DNA of 62,802 nucleotides, counting the filler, from Rhabdomonas costata (lineage: Eukaryota), in NCBI GenBank assembly GCA_019059605.1. It is 27 parts of 27 records of this genome, joined end to end, with 100 filler letters (N's around TTAATTAATTAA, not from the genome) between each part and the next. Parts side by side here need not be neighbours in the genome. Positions count along the whole stretch, not along the records: positions 23,333 to 25,561 come from JAHMHO010004691.1; positions 25,662 to 27,890 come from JAHMHO010004692.1; positions 27,991 to 30,214 come from JAHMHO010004693.1; positions 30,315 to 32,543 come from JAHMHO010004694.1; positions 32,644 to 34,872 come from JAHMHO010004695.1; positions 34,973 to 37,198 come from JAHMHO010004696.1; 21 more parts are not named here. One strand, written 5' to 3'. Shown piece by piece: positions 23,333 through 35,537 of the stretch (position 1 is the stretch's first letter; each line of letters opens with the position of its first letter). The translations under genes were made by a program, and so were the position numbers. The notes under the pieces were generated by a model that was given only the letters and a program-made list of their open reading frames with translations, had not been told where the DNA came from and made no database searches.

Positions 23333-24780
23333 GTTGTGTGGGGCTGTGTGAACAAGTGAATGTTGACAGACAAGCTGTCAAAGATGTCGGGAACAATCTC
23401 CGCGCGGACGCTAAAATATCTTTTTGTAGAAGGGTCATTTTGTAGAGATGGTTTTGTACCTATTTCCAGCTACAGTTTCTCTTATAGAGGTTTGAAATGT
23501 AGGACAAGCGCTTTTGTCTGTTCGGATACTGCATGTGGTGCCTACGGATTGTTTCTCTGAGAAAACGCAGCTCGTGGTGATCGCTTTAATTGCAGATGGT
23601 AGTAGGTGCATAGGTTTAGGTCCAACAAAAGAAGAATGGACTCCTGTCAAATGTGCTAGCCAGATGGTCTTCCTGGTTTCTTCCTGCACTCGAAGCAACG
23701 TGAGTTGCTTCTACGTATACGGGCTACTTAATGGAGACGCGATTGTTGGTCACGCCTGTTTTGTTTACCTCCGAGTGGCGGCTCTTTTTGTGCTTCCTTA
23801 TGTAGTGTTTCCACAATGTGCCGGCCCGCTTGACCTGCAAAAAAACGGCGTGATCGGCGGCACCGAGGCAAAAGGACGCACATTGTATCCCAATGTTGCA
23901 GCCTTGGTGTCGTCTCTGTCCTCGTGTTGGTTCCAGTGACATTTTACTTCTGTGACGCTGTTGACGTTGACCAAATTTGTAGTCTGTTACAAACCATTAG
24001 AAAGTTTTGGAACCAGTTGTTTACGCCTCGAAACTTGTGATGTCTACTGGCATTGCACTACACAGCCAGTCATAAGCGACCGCACTTGTCCCCAAGGAAC
24101 TGTCCACTTTGCTGTGAAGCACAGCCAGTCAAATCTTTCCCAAGAGCTTTATCCTTTTCTTTCGGCGCTGTTGTGCCGAGTATTCAATTGGGCGCTTCAC
24201 ATGTAAAAGTCTCTTTCCTCGCCACGTGTTTTCTTTTGTCGAGTTTGTTCGAAATCAGGCTATCCACTCCAGACGTTTCGGTTGCTTCGTTATTTGCACT
24301 TCAGAAGACAGAGGTTGTGTGTTTGTTGTAGATTGATACATGAGAATAATGATATTTGCACGCTCCATGGACCTTGATGTTGCTCTTCAAGACTATTCTG
24401 CATGTTTTTCTGAACCAATATACACTCTACCAAGTGTGAAATAATTTTTACAAGAAGCTGAAGTGGTTGACTTTAACTATTACTGGGTTTTATAGTTTCC
24501 TTACATCTCATCCTCTAGCACTTTAGCTCCAGTACCACGTAAGAATTCCCCAATTATGACAATATCATCATCTTGTGTATGTGTGTCTGATTGTGCTAGA
24601 ATTACACCACAATATTCTATTTCTCGTTCCAAAATTTCAGTCTCTCGTGAACAAAATGACGTGTAACGCTGTCCACATGCATACTTGTGTTTAATTTCTT
24701 GTGGTTTATTAACGCTTTTGCTCAAAATTATATGCGGCATGAAGCCAATGTAAATGTATTACATGGAGTCAAAACCTTCT
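23333..24780 (-). mobile_element. Possible highly decayed retroelement remnant
   Basis: AT-richer stretch with stops in all frames and RT-like peptides (EIEYCGV, DDDIVII). The motif order is not the canonical one, so support is weak. Confidence 0.3.
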
Positions 24781-25911
24781 CAAGTGAACTTTTGCGCATT
24801 CTTTGTTTGGAAACATCACAGGTGGATTTTATGAGGTATTACTGCACTTATTGACGAAGCAGACTGCCAAATTAACAGCTGTTCTTGCAGGTAATCCACT
24901 GTCTGGTCTCTCAGTCCTTCGAGCCCCTCCCCTTGCCTTAGACCCAGCGCGTAGCTGTGGAGGAGGCAGCATGCCGACACGTATACAGAAGGAGGCATTC
25001 GAGGACCCGAGAATGCAGACAGGATGACACAAGCGTAGCGAGTCACGACCATCACTTCTTCTTTCTTATAGGGGCCCCATGACCATGACCGTCAGGGAAT
25101 GGGCATGTGGATCAAGGCATTCTTCTGAGTTCAGCATATAGGATGAACGAAGGAGCGCAGAGACTGAGTGACGACATCATGAACCCCACGAGCGTAGCGA
25201 GTAGCATCTTGAGTGGCATCAGAAACACTCAACCCTCTCACTCAAACCATCAAAGCGTTGACCCTCACACGTAGCACCACCAGCACCCTTAGCAACAGCA
25301 GCAACATCCACCCTTCGACACACAACCCCTCGACATCCACACAAACCCTCGATTCCTTGACACCATGACACCTAGAGACAACCAGTACAGAAGCAGCAAA
25401 GCACCAAGACCAAGACGCACAGCAACGAACCCACTCCAGAAGCAAGCAACACGAACAAACCTCCGTTCCAGTGACACATTAGCCCATGAGACACAACAGC
25501 AGTACAAGCACAGCACAACACGCAAAGCACCAGAGGATCACACAGGGAACCACCCCCACACNNNNNNNNNNNNNNNNNNNNNNNNNNNNNNNNNNNNNNN
25601 NNNNNTTAATTAATTAANNNNNNNNNNNNNNNNNNNNNNNNNNNNNNNNNNNNNNNNNNNNGGTGTTGGGGGGAACTACTGCACATTATAGTCCACGGAA
25701 CTATTATAGCTGAGGGTGGGTACGGGGGCTTAAGGGCCCGCGGGGCGGTCCGCCAGAAAGCGGCACCCTTGGCAGCCTTGGCAGCGGAACTCCTCGGGGT
25801 GGGTAGCCCTGCTGGGGGCGGTCCACCGAAAGGCGAAAAAATCCACCATTACCCGCATCTCACACGGAGGGAAGGGGAAAGGACCAAAGCCGTGCTGGTG
25901 GGTTTTGCACA

Positions 25912-27045
25912 CCCCGGCTTCCGTGTATACTGGCACCCCGGTGGCGGCGACCAGAAGTTGGCTCCAGGACTCTGGAAAGGGCTCCTCGTCGGTTTCAGTC
26001 GCTGGCCCTCCCCCCAAACCCAGGCTGGCCTGCACGGCGAGGTCACGCGCGTGGATCTGCGCAAGCTGCGCCTGGACCTGCGCAAGGGTGTTGGTGCATA
26101 GATCGGCCCTTAAGTAGGCAGGTGGAGGCAAGGACGCGAAGCACCGCAGCATATTGTGCAAAATCTCTGGGGCATGCAACGGATAAATAAAAAGAATACG
26201 ACATGTTCGCCCCAAGGCATGACATGGAACACACATTGCTACTCACTCAATGTTATCTCTAGATGTAACCGCGGATACTAGATGCGACGCGCCAAAAGGA
26301 TTTTCCGATCTTCCCTTTTTTTTTTTTTTGCCAAAAACGACAAGCTGCGATGCGGCTAACATCAATAAACCTCAGGGGCTAGGGCGCCAAAACCGATTCT
26401 TACCAAAACCTGAAGAAACTTAAGAAGTATCGATTGCTGAAGAAATGTTCGAAACAATTCGAAGAAAAAAAGCCCGATTCTCAGGAGGGGGGGGGGGCGA
26501 AATCCAAACTCGCCAGAACGCTCACACGCACAGGGACCCAACCTACCAAGAGGGAATACACATACTGGGACACGCAGACTGAGGCAATGCGCACAAGTAC
26601 TGGGACACCGTCCGCCGGATGTTTGGTGTCGCGCTGGGAGCTGGGAGGGCCCTGCTCAGCAATATTGAATGGATTGCACCACATTTGTTGGAGTGGCAAT
26701 GTGCACTGGCATCTGCCTCACATTTGAAAGAACCGAAGCTGAATACAAAGGAAAAGACAGGAGGGGGTGATGATCGATCAAACGTACGTAACATGCAAGA
26801 ACAAGGACCCGCAAAAGAGATGTTGAGGGAAGAGATAATATGTAGGCGGAGAAAATAAAGAAAAATAAAGAAGTAAGCCTGAACCTGCTCGATGTCGTCG
26901 TCCGCCTCGGTGCCGGCGTCGCCATGATCATAGTCCGATCCTTCCTCCTCGTCGCCGGGAGCTCCGCTATCCGCCGCTACCGGCGTCGCTCGCATCAAAA
27001 GCCCGTCTGGATCAAGGTCCGGGTCAGCCTCGAATGCAAGCTCCT
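25912..27045 (-). CDS. Hypothetical acidic/coiled-coil protein, two exons
   Basis: AG/GT-bounded GC-rich frames ELAFEADPDLDPDG...EADDDIEQ (~26885-27045) and ADLCTNTLAQVQAQLAQ...VYTEAG (~25912-26109). Confidence 0.45.
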
Positions 27046-28276
27046 GATTAGTTCGCGAGCAAACAGCATTTTTGCGTGTACAGTGGTGGGGATACTGAGT
27101 TCTCCCAGCAGTTCAGATTCCTTTGAATGACTGACTGTAATCATTTTTTCGGTGAACCCTTCTCCTGCAGCTTGAAGATCGCCAGACTCGATGACCGGAC
27201 AGCTTGCGATACGACCAAAATAACCGGGCTCGCGAGAGTCTCTGTCTTTGTGCTGGTGGTGTGATCGGGAATGGACCGCAGCGTTAAAACTAACTTTGAA
27301 GCTTATCCACAAGCTGTTGTTTTTCGAACCAGAATCACGTATATTATCAAACTACGGGGGCTCTTCACAGATTTCATTCTTGCGATTAGTTCCCTCTAAC
27401 TCCCACATTCCGCACTCTTCACTCTTCCCTCCTTTCGCACGTATGTTGTCCCTTTCCTTCAACTTTCAGATCCTCCCCCCGCCGTCCCTACCCTCCGTTA
27501 CCGCTACTCCTTCCGACTCCCACTCGCTCAGTTTCGTCCACAGACGTTTCTGAACAATTCCCCATCCATGCTTTTTTTACTCACCTTCTCTTTCCTGTTT
27601 CAGTCTTTGTTTTTTTGTATATCCCTCAGAACTCTCGCGCGTTCCTTCTTGTAAATTGTCTGCTTTTGGTGTTGTACCCCAGGTGCTTCAAGAACTCCTG
27701 CAGTGCCGTGCATATGCCCTCTGAAAAATATATTTTTTAAAAAGAGTCGTTAAAGGACCCCCAGGTCACTTTCCCGCCACTGAAAGTGCAAAAATCCTTT
27801 GGATGCGTTCGGGTTGCAGTCTAGTCTTTAACTCCAATTACAACACCAACCCAAAATTTAGACATTGACACTGCACAGCTAAACCCCAAANNNNNNNNNN
27901 NNNNNNNNNNNNNNNNNNNNNNNNNNNNNNNNNNTTAATTAATTAANNNNNNNNNNNNNNNNNNNNNNNNNNNNNNNNNNNNNNNNNNNNGGTTGTTTGT
28001 GCACCACTGTGGTGCCATTTTCGATTAGATTTCAAACATAACCGGCACGCACAAAAGAAGAAGAAGAAGAAAACGTTTTCCCCTTTCAACCTTTCAGCGT
28101 TTTCTTTTGTTTTTCACATCCCCCCCTAACCTTCACCTGTGTGAAAAGTTACTCTCCATTTGTGAAGTCATCTCTTCTTTTGGTGTCTATGCTTTTTTGT
28201 CACAGTTTTGCTGCTCTTTTTTCGTTCTCCTTTGGATCCAGTCTCATCAGCCTCTGGTTTGCTGCCCTCTCTGTTC

Positions 28277-28713
28277 CATGGAGGGGAACGGATCCCTGTG
28301 ATTTCGAATAGCTCTGCTCTGATGCTGTGACTGAAGATCTTCGACTGAGTTTTTTTGTTCAGGGCACCCCCTTCCGTCCGAATAGTGTGTTTTCCCTCTG
28401 AAAGCAACGGCTCGCTCTAGGGCCCTATTAGGACTTCCAAATAATCGAACGTTTATTTGATCCATTCAGTGTTTAATGGAAGACCCCCACCGCCCATGTA
28501 ATCACCACAAACTTGGCGCAAGCAGTGCGAACGTGGGAAACGCGGGGAAATGGAATCTGTCTTTTTATATGCGCACTCCTTTGGTTCATGGAGGGGAATG
28601 GACCCCTGTGATGTCGAATAGCTCTGCCCTGATGTTGTGACTGAAAATCTTCTGCTGAGTTCTGTTCAGGGCGCCGCCCTTCTTTTGCAATACCGTGTTT
28701 TCCCTCTGAAAGC
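28277..28713. repeat. Diverged ~128-bp direct repeat
   Basis: 28277-28405 and 28587-28713 align from CATGGAGGGGAA to TTCCCTCTGAAAGC with scattered substitutions. Confidence 0.9.
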
Positions 28714-29670
28714 CACGACACCGCCGCGCATACTTTTTGTCTTCTGCACGGAGTGCGGATGTGTCAGGGCATTCAAGGAAGTGTGACCGCAGCAATTGTC
28801 TTGGTGCTTCCGAATCAGAGTCAAACGAAGAAGAGCGTGCAGCGTAGCGTCATGAGTTCGAGATTGTGATATGCTGGCCCCCCTGTTCAACAGAAAAGAA
28901 CAGAAATACTTTTTCAAGTAACGTGATAAATTATGAGATTGAGGTGGAAGTGTCCAGCCAGTCATGTCGGGTAATTTTGAGACGAATGGATAAAGTCCTT
29001 TAGCAATGCGAGGAACGGCTCGCTAAAAAAAATTCGTGGTTATCTTTTCTGAGTTTTGTTTAGCTACCCGGCGATTGGAGTTTTGAAGCTTGCAATTTTG
29101 TAAATTATTCTTTCCTTTCCTTTGGTTTAGTTTTTACAGACAAGGGTTAAGGGTTTGGCACCAGGGGAAGCTGCGACGCGGAGGCCAGTCCGCGGAGCCA
29201 CCAGAGCGGGCGGCTTGAATAGGAACGTGACCTTGAGGGGTCTTCGACGACCGTCCAATAGGAAAAATTCTTACTGTTGGTAAATGCTACGCCTCCCCCT
29301 CCCCCAAAAAATCTATTGCACCGAAAAAAGGTCAGGCAGGCAGGCAGGCAGGCAAAGAGGGGTGGTGATTGGTTGTTGTTGTTGTTGGGGGGGACCCTTC
29401 TTAACCGTCGTCCAAAGTTTCGCCACGGAACGAGACTCCAGCGATTTAAGCGCGCAAAAAAGAGGCAACGTATGTCCCCGCAGGGGAAGTTCTGGTTGGG
29501 GTGGGGCCATAGAGTTCATAGAGTTGCCTTTACCCTCACGCCCAAGCGAGGCCACCGTGTTAGACTGTAAATATGGATTCGATCTGACTTCGGTGCCTGA
29601 TAGTATCCGTACCAGTGCTTACCCTTATACACCCAACTTAATTGTGCTTGTTTGGGGGAGGGGGGCACAG

Positions 29671-30197
29671 GTTTGCCGTGCAGCTGGCATTGTTGCTGGG
29701 CCGTGGGCTGGTGCTGCCGAAGGTTGGCGAGAGCATTACATGGTTCCACCCCACTCTGGACCGCCTGCACAACTTCTCCCTGTTCTATGACCAGGACGTG
29801 CTCTCCCAGCTGGCACGTCGTCTCGCCCGCCCCCACATAGCAACCCCCACTCCTCTTCCTCACTGGAGCACGACTTTCAGATCCATCCCTTCATCCCTTC
29901 AAAGGTCTTCACAGCATTGTTTACAGTTTGGACAAAAAAGGAAAGGGCATATTTTACAAAAGGAAACTGAAAAACGGACGCTATTCAAGAAAAATGGAGG
30001 TCTGTGTTGCAGAAGCAGCGGCAATATAAAGATTGCTGGTAGGGGGCCTAAGGCGTTCTAAAATGAATTTCACAGAGTTGCTTGTTCAGAGCGGGACCCT
30101 CCCAAATGTTATGCTATCCCACTGCACCACAATTAGCACCTATCCCGCCCTACTCCTGCACCATCAGCTGCCAACGATTACGGTGGAGGAGTGGAAG
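29671..30197 (+). CDS. GDP-fucose O-fucosyltransferase family protein, two exons (partial)
   Basis: FAVQLALLLGRGLVLP...WFHP...NFSLFYDQDVLSQL (29671-29812) plus LPTITVEEWK (30168-30197) match the family pattern A..L.R.LVLP...F..(Y/F)D...L....VI..EE. Confidence 0.65.
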
Positions 30198-32643
30198 GTG
30201 CGGTGCAACAACACNNNNNNNNNNNNNNNNNNNNNNNNNNNNNNNNNNNNNNNNNNNNTTAATTAATTAANNNNNNNNNNNNNNNNNNNNNNNNNNNNNN
30301 NNNNNNNNNNNNNNTGTGTGTGTGTGTGAGCGTACGTGTGTGCGTGCGTGCGTGACTGTGTGAAGAGTCATCTGTTCAGATTTTCCTTGCATGCCAGTGC
30401 TTCTATGCACTTTGTTTCCGCCCTGTCTTTGCCGAGCTTCTAAAAAAAGACAATCCAAAAAAACAAAAACGAAAGCGGTTTTTCAGCTGGCGAATCTGTG
30501 TGATCCTCAGTAAGGCAAAGTCGTCGCAGGGAAGAAAAGCAAACGTGCAGTTAATTTAATTTACGCCGAATTGATTTCTATTTACGGTAAATTTCACAGG
30601 CCATGATTCCACAGGTTAAACAAAGGGGAAACAACAACCAAATGAAAATGGTATGACACTGCAGTTGCGGAAGGTAAAAAAAATTGATTAGAGAAGGATG
30701 GATATGCCTTTGCCCTTTTTCATTACAATTTTTATCCTATCGGGCACAAAGACTGACGGCTTATCGATTTTGCTTGCGTTTTTTGTCTTGATTGCCACAC
30801 GTAATAGTATGCTCCGCGGTCGCACCTTTCAGACACACTGCCAGCGTGGTGGTCAGCCTGAGTGCATCATCCTTGGGCAGGTCAAGTTTCGTTTTTGGTG
30901 AATTTTGCTTTCGTTTTTTTTTTTTGGATAATCGCTGTGTTTTTTCTTTCCTGCTTTTGTTTTTATGCCAGCTGGACGCGATTGTTTGCGACACACAAAA
31001 CCCCTTCACTGGACACGTGGTCGTTCAGCATACTCTGGACCGGTACTGTGTGACTCTCCCTGTGTGTTTTGATGTGAACGTTCAGCAACGTGAGAAGGAA
31101 GTCAGGCTTCGGACGACTTGAAGCAATTTAAAGCACTTTTCGTAACGTTTGTGTGCCCCGATTTGCATGGAGTCAGACCCATAAAAATTGGGCATTCTCT
31201 GCTGCTCCGTTTACTGTCCGGATTTTCGTATGGGTTTACACTTGACTCACTGCCCGCCCCGCACTGTTGCAGCGAGTTTCATAAGCGACTGTGATTTGAG
31301 TGCGTGATGCTTTTATGCTGAAGTGTCGGCAGTTCGTCACCTGACCACCAGGTTTTCTGCCAACGCTTTTGCCCATCCTTGCTGGGTTGGAGGTTGGAGT
31401 TTCGGTTGAAGCAGAAATGGTTCCATAGTGAACGCTCTTGTTCTGAGAGCAAACGAAGCGTCTGTTTTGTTGTGCGCTTGCAGCGGTGACCTTTTTGCAG
31501 AGTGATCAGCGTGGAAGTGCAGTTGCACCGCATGGAGTTCTGCGCTACCCCCGAAGGAGTAGCTCAGGTTCGATGTCCGTTTCCTTGGATGCGACCCAAG
31601 AAGTTAGGAAGATGCCGGGATTACCTGCTTACTCTGTGGCCAACACCCGACCTGCGCCTTGTGACCAGTGAACATCGGCTAATACCGGGGTATTTGCAGG
31701 CAAAGGACAATAAACGTATGGTGCCTTTTTCGGGTGCCCGGTCGGCTAAAGGGGGCTGTTTCACCACTTACTCCGCTCTTTGACTCTGCGGTAGACACTT
31801 CACCACTTCTTTTTTGTTCTCCATCTGATTGTCACCACTACACTGGAATCCAGATGAATTGAATCTCCAGAAGACAACTCGGTCCCGGCAGTTCCGGCAA
31901 TGATTCAGCGCACTGAAGCTTTCAGCGTTTCCGAAAACTACCGGCATAACCGAGGACCAACCACACCTGCAGGGAGAATCCGCAAAGCCAGACTTCGAAT
32001 CGGTCAATGTGGCTGTTCCCCTCCGTCGCCTCTCCCCTCTTTCCGTTTTTTCTTGTTCCCCTCCAGTCCCGCTCAAGGCAGGCCGAAGGGTTGGGTGATT
32101 CGCACATATCCATTTGGACAATAACAACACTGTTTTTGGATGGAAAGTTTTTTTTGACCTTTTGTTATTATGATGGTCTTCAGATTCTGGCGCAACATCA
32201 CAGAATTCAAGCGGGCAGGCTTGTGTTGTTCAAAAAAAAAGGAGCAGTCTGAAGTGCTGGCGAACCAAATTGTCGAGGGGAATGTCTGCCAGAACTGGAG
32301 AATTCCCTTCTCCCTGGTGCTTCCTCATCTTTCAATTTTTGTTCCAACATTTGTGCCCTGTCCCCTTGCTCTTGAAGAAAGTGTGTGCGGTCAAGCGTAA
32401 CTCTGCTGTTTTTGAAATTAATTAGAAAATTTTTGCCTCTCGTTTCGGCGATTTTGAGTGCAAATATAGGTTCGAAGCGTTGCATTTTCTTCGACCTCAA
32501 ACGTGCAGCAAAAAGAAGCTCGGCTTTTTTCATACAACCAAAANNNNNNNNNNNNNNNNNNNNNNNNNNNNNNNNNNNNNNNNNNNNTTAATTAATTAAN
32601 NNNNNNNNNNNNNNNNNNNNNNNNNNNNNNNNNNNNNNNNNNN

Positions 32644-32823
32644 GGGGGTGGGGTGGGCCTTGCACTGGGTCTTGGGCTCCCCGTGGCTGCCTCGTTTCTG
32701 GTCGGGAGCTACAGAGTCTTCCGGTGGCCCATCGCGGCCATCTTGGGCGCTACACTGCTGGCGGAGCTCGCTGCCTACAAGGCCGTGAGGTCCTTCTGCT
32801 CTCATAATGGATGGAGATCATGA
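32644..32823 (+). CDS. Hypothetical membrane protein exon (partial)
   Basis: VGLALGLGLPVAASFLVG...WPIAAILGATLLAELAAYKAV has two hydrophobic helices. Confidence 0.4.
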   Translation, partial: GGGVGLALGLGLPVAASFLVGSYRVFRWPIAAILGATLLAELAAYKAVRSFCSHNGWRS

Positions 32824-33775
32824 ATTGGGAGGGAGTGGGGCCGTTGCCGTTTCTGAGGCGTAAATATGCATCCGGCCTGTATTTTCCAGTGGAGGCTCCG
32901 ACGACGAACACACAGGAAAATACAGGCCGGATGACCCGGAACAGTCGGAGAGCAACGAGGCCGCTCAGACTACTCAGACTATGATTGCAGCGAATCGAAG
33001 CTGGACACCCTGCGAAGTACTAACCGCGACGGTACGAGGAAAAACAACAACGACGCGATTCTACAGACGCCGAGAAACCATGCAAATGAGCAGTTGGATT
33101 GCGACAGGAGGCACTTGAACGAAGCCAAAAGTACAGTTCCGTGGCTTTGCCAACTTAACGCGATTGGCAGACACCATGGTGAGCGCAAGTCACGTGAGGA
33201 TTCGCGTTCCCAGGGTTGTGATATGACTGCTTACGAATCTGCGAACGTGCTGAGCGCAAAGCAGGCACGAAGCTGATGACTGTACACGGCTGGTCAATCT
33301 CCTTATGCACCCGTATTTTTCGGGGAGACCTTTGGCTTTAAACTGGCACAGGGATATGCCCACTTCCACAGTCAACTATCGCCCGGCATCATGGCGGGTG
33401 CGGGTTCATCTCTTCTCCTACTTCCTCGAGTTTCTGATGTCCGACCCCCGGATTCCTGACTCGCGCATCCTTTCCCTTTCTGAATACATCGTGTGAGTTG
33501 TGTCCGCTGTCGCGTAACGCAAGGTTCACAAGAACACAAACGAAGGAATCTCAACTCCTGTAGAAAAAAGACATGAATGCAGTGGCTGCGTATAGAGCGG
33601 CAACGTTATTGACAAAAAACGTGGCCACCGGAAACAGAAAGTGGGAGGTAAACATCATACAGGGACACGGCGGCCACAGGACCCCAGCGACCACAGACTC
33701 TTTGGGTGAGTGGAGAGGTGGGCTGCCGGGTGGACGCGCCGGTCCCAGTGCCGGAGTGCCCCCGGCAATCACGCC

Positions 33776-34872
33776 TCAAGCCAGGCCGAACTTCTTGAGG
33801 GCGCCGTCCAGGGCGTTCTGAATCATCATTCGGTTCTCGATGATGGCCATGCTGCGCCATGTCGAGTGCTCGCCACGGCGCACCATGTCCCAGAACTCCT
33901 CCTCCGTGCTGTACAACCAACCAGAATGCACTTGGAAACATGGTTACCAGCAGGACAGAAACGATGCATCAGGAAGGCAGAGGACTTGCACGGCGGAGGG
34001 CACCGGGTGAGAACGACAGAGGACGTTCAAGTAAAAAGATTAACCTGGTGGAAATGAAAGTATTTTGGCAAGCAACACTCACCAATTGCTTCGGTTTTAC
34101 GCAAGCTTCGGTTTTACAGCCTGAAGAGCACGCTATCGCAGCACTGAGGCACGCTCGGTAGCTGAGAGTCCGACCTGAGGTTCATCGCGAAGCGGAGGTA
34201 GCTCATAAAGCGGGCATCTGGCACAATGGTGAGATCGCCCTTCCTCTCCTGGCTGAAGACGTACCTGCGTGGACAGAAATGCACGCAACTTTCATCAAAG
34301 CTCTTGGAGTTAATTTGCTAGGTGTGGTTTCATTGCAGCAGTCTAACTTTTCCCGTGTGCTTACTGGTACACGACACACACAGAAGTAAGTACCCACACC
34401 AAGGAAGGGATGAAAGAAAACGCCTGAAATCGATGAAATTGGGAACCCCACAGCAAAAACGGTACGAGCTGGCGGATACCTAGATTTCCTCAGACTACTA
34501 ACCAGTCAGCCCCTCCTACCCCAAAGTCCAGTAGCACAACCCAAAGGCAAATTTGCAAGGACAAAACTTGCAACGACAAACAACCTGCAATGTAGACAAC
34601 ACCAACAAATGTATGTGTCTGTGCGCGTGAGCGAAAAATCCACTCATTCAAAAATTGTCACTAGCGTCTTTGAGGTCTCATCGTCCATCGCAAAGTTCAT
34701 CGTCCAAAGTCCATCGTCAATGGCAAGTGGATGGGGACATGGGAAAATTCTGTATATGTGCGTAAACAATCGGTCGATCCGAACATACCCCCAGTCCACC
34801 CCAAAGACGTCGACCAGGAGGTCCAGCCAGGCCATCACACGAACGTTCTTCAGCATCTCCTCCCAACACCAC
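33776..34872 (-). CDS. Hypothetical protein, last two exons
   Basis: Exon 34789-34872 (donor GTATGT, phase 2) joins exon 33776-33908: WEEMLKNVRVMAWLDLLVDVFGVDWG|TEEEFWDMVRRGEHSTWRSMAIIENRMMIQNALDGALKKFGLA*. Strong GC3 bias; family not recognised. Confidence 0.65.
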
Positions 34873-35537
34873 NNNNNNNNNNNNNNNNNNNNNNNNNNNN
34901 NNNNNNNNNNNNNNNNTTAATTAATTAANNNNNNNNNNNNNNNNNNNNNNNNNNNNNNNNNNNNNNNNNNNNGGTTGGGTGTTTCCATCTGTGTGTTGTG
35001 AGCGTGTGTGCGCGTGACTGGCTCTACGTAACCGCTGTGGACTGACGGGTGCAAGCGCTGGTGGCCACACGCTGCTCGCCAGAGACTCCTTCGGAGGGAA
35101 CGGTGATGCGGTGACCTTCCACGGGTCCCGGGCCTTTGTCGCGCAACTACCTCTTTCCAAGGTCCACCCGCGCAACTCCGTTGCTGCTCGGGGTCTCTGA
35201 GGCTCCGCAATTTTTTGGGGGTGATGAGCGCATGGCACGCGGGCTGAATTTTCTTGGAACTTTCTGTTTTCTGCCAAACCCTTGTCTTCTGCACGTGTAC
35301 ACTGCACATTTTGCCACGTTATGTCTGCCCCGAAGGGGCGATGACGTGGTAGGATGCTGCAGCAGACGTCGCGAATATGAATGCGGAGTGAAAGAGGGCA
35401 CTCAAAAAAAACAACGGCAAGATTGGAGGATCCGAGATTGCGTGTGAGGACATGGGGCGCTCCTCACAGCCAGATCAGCACCAGGTCCAAGGATAGAATG
35501 GAAAGGAGGCAGGAGGGGAGGCTTGCAATGCCGATAC

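Noticed and set aside
23468..23480. AGCTACAGTTTCT resembling part of a diplonemid/kinetoplastid spliced leader
   Set aside because: It is not followed by GTACTTTATTG/GT; a chance match.
25729..26114. CTTAAGGGCC...GGCCCTTAAG as TTAA-flanked transposon ends
   Set aside because: Only 10 bp with no further pairing, and one copy doubles as a plausible splice acceptor.
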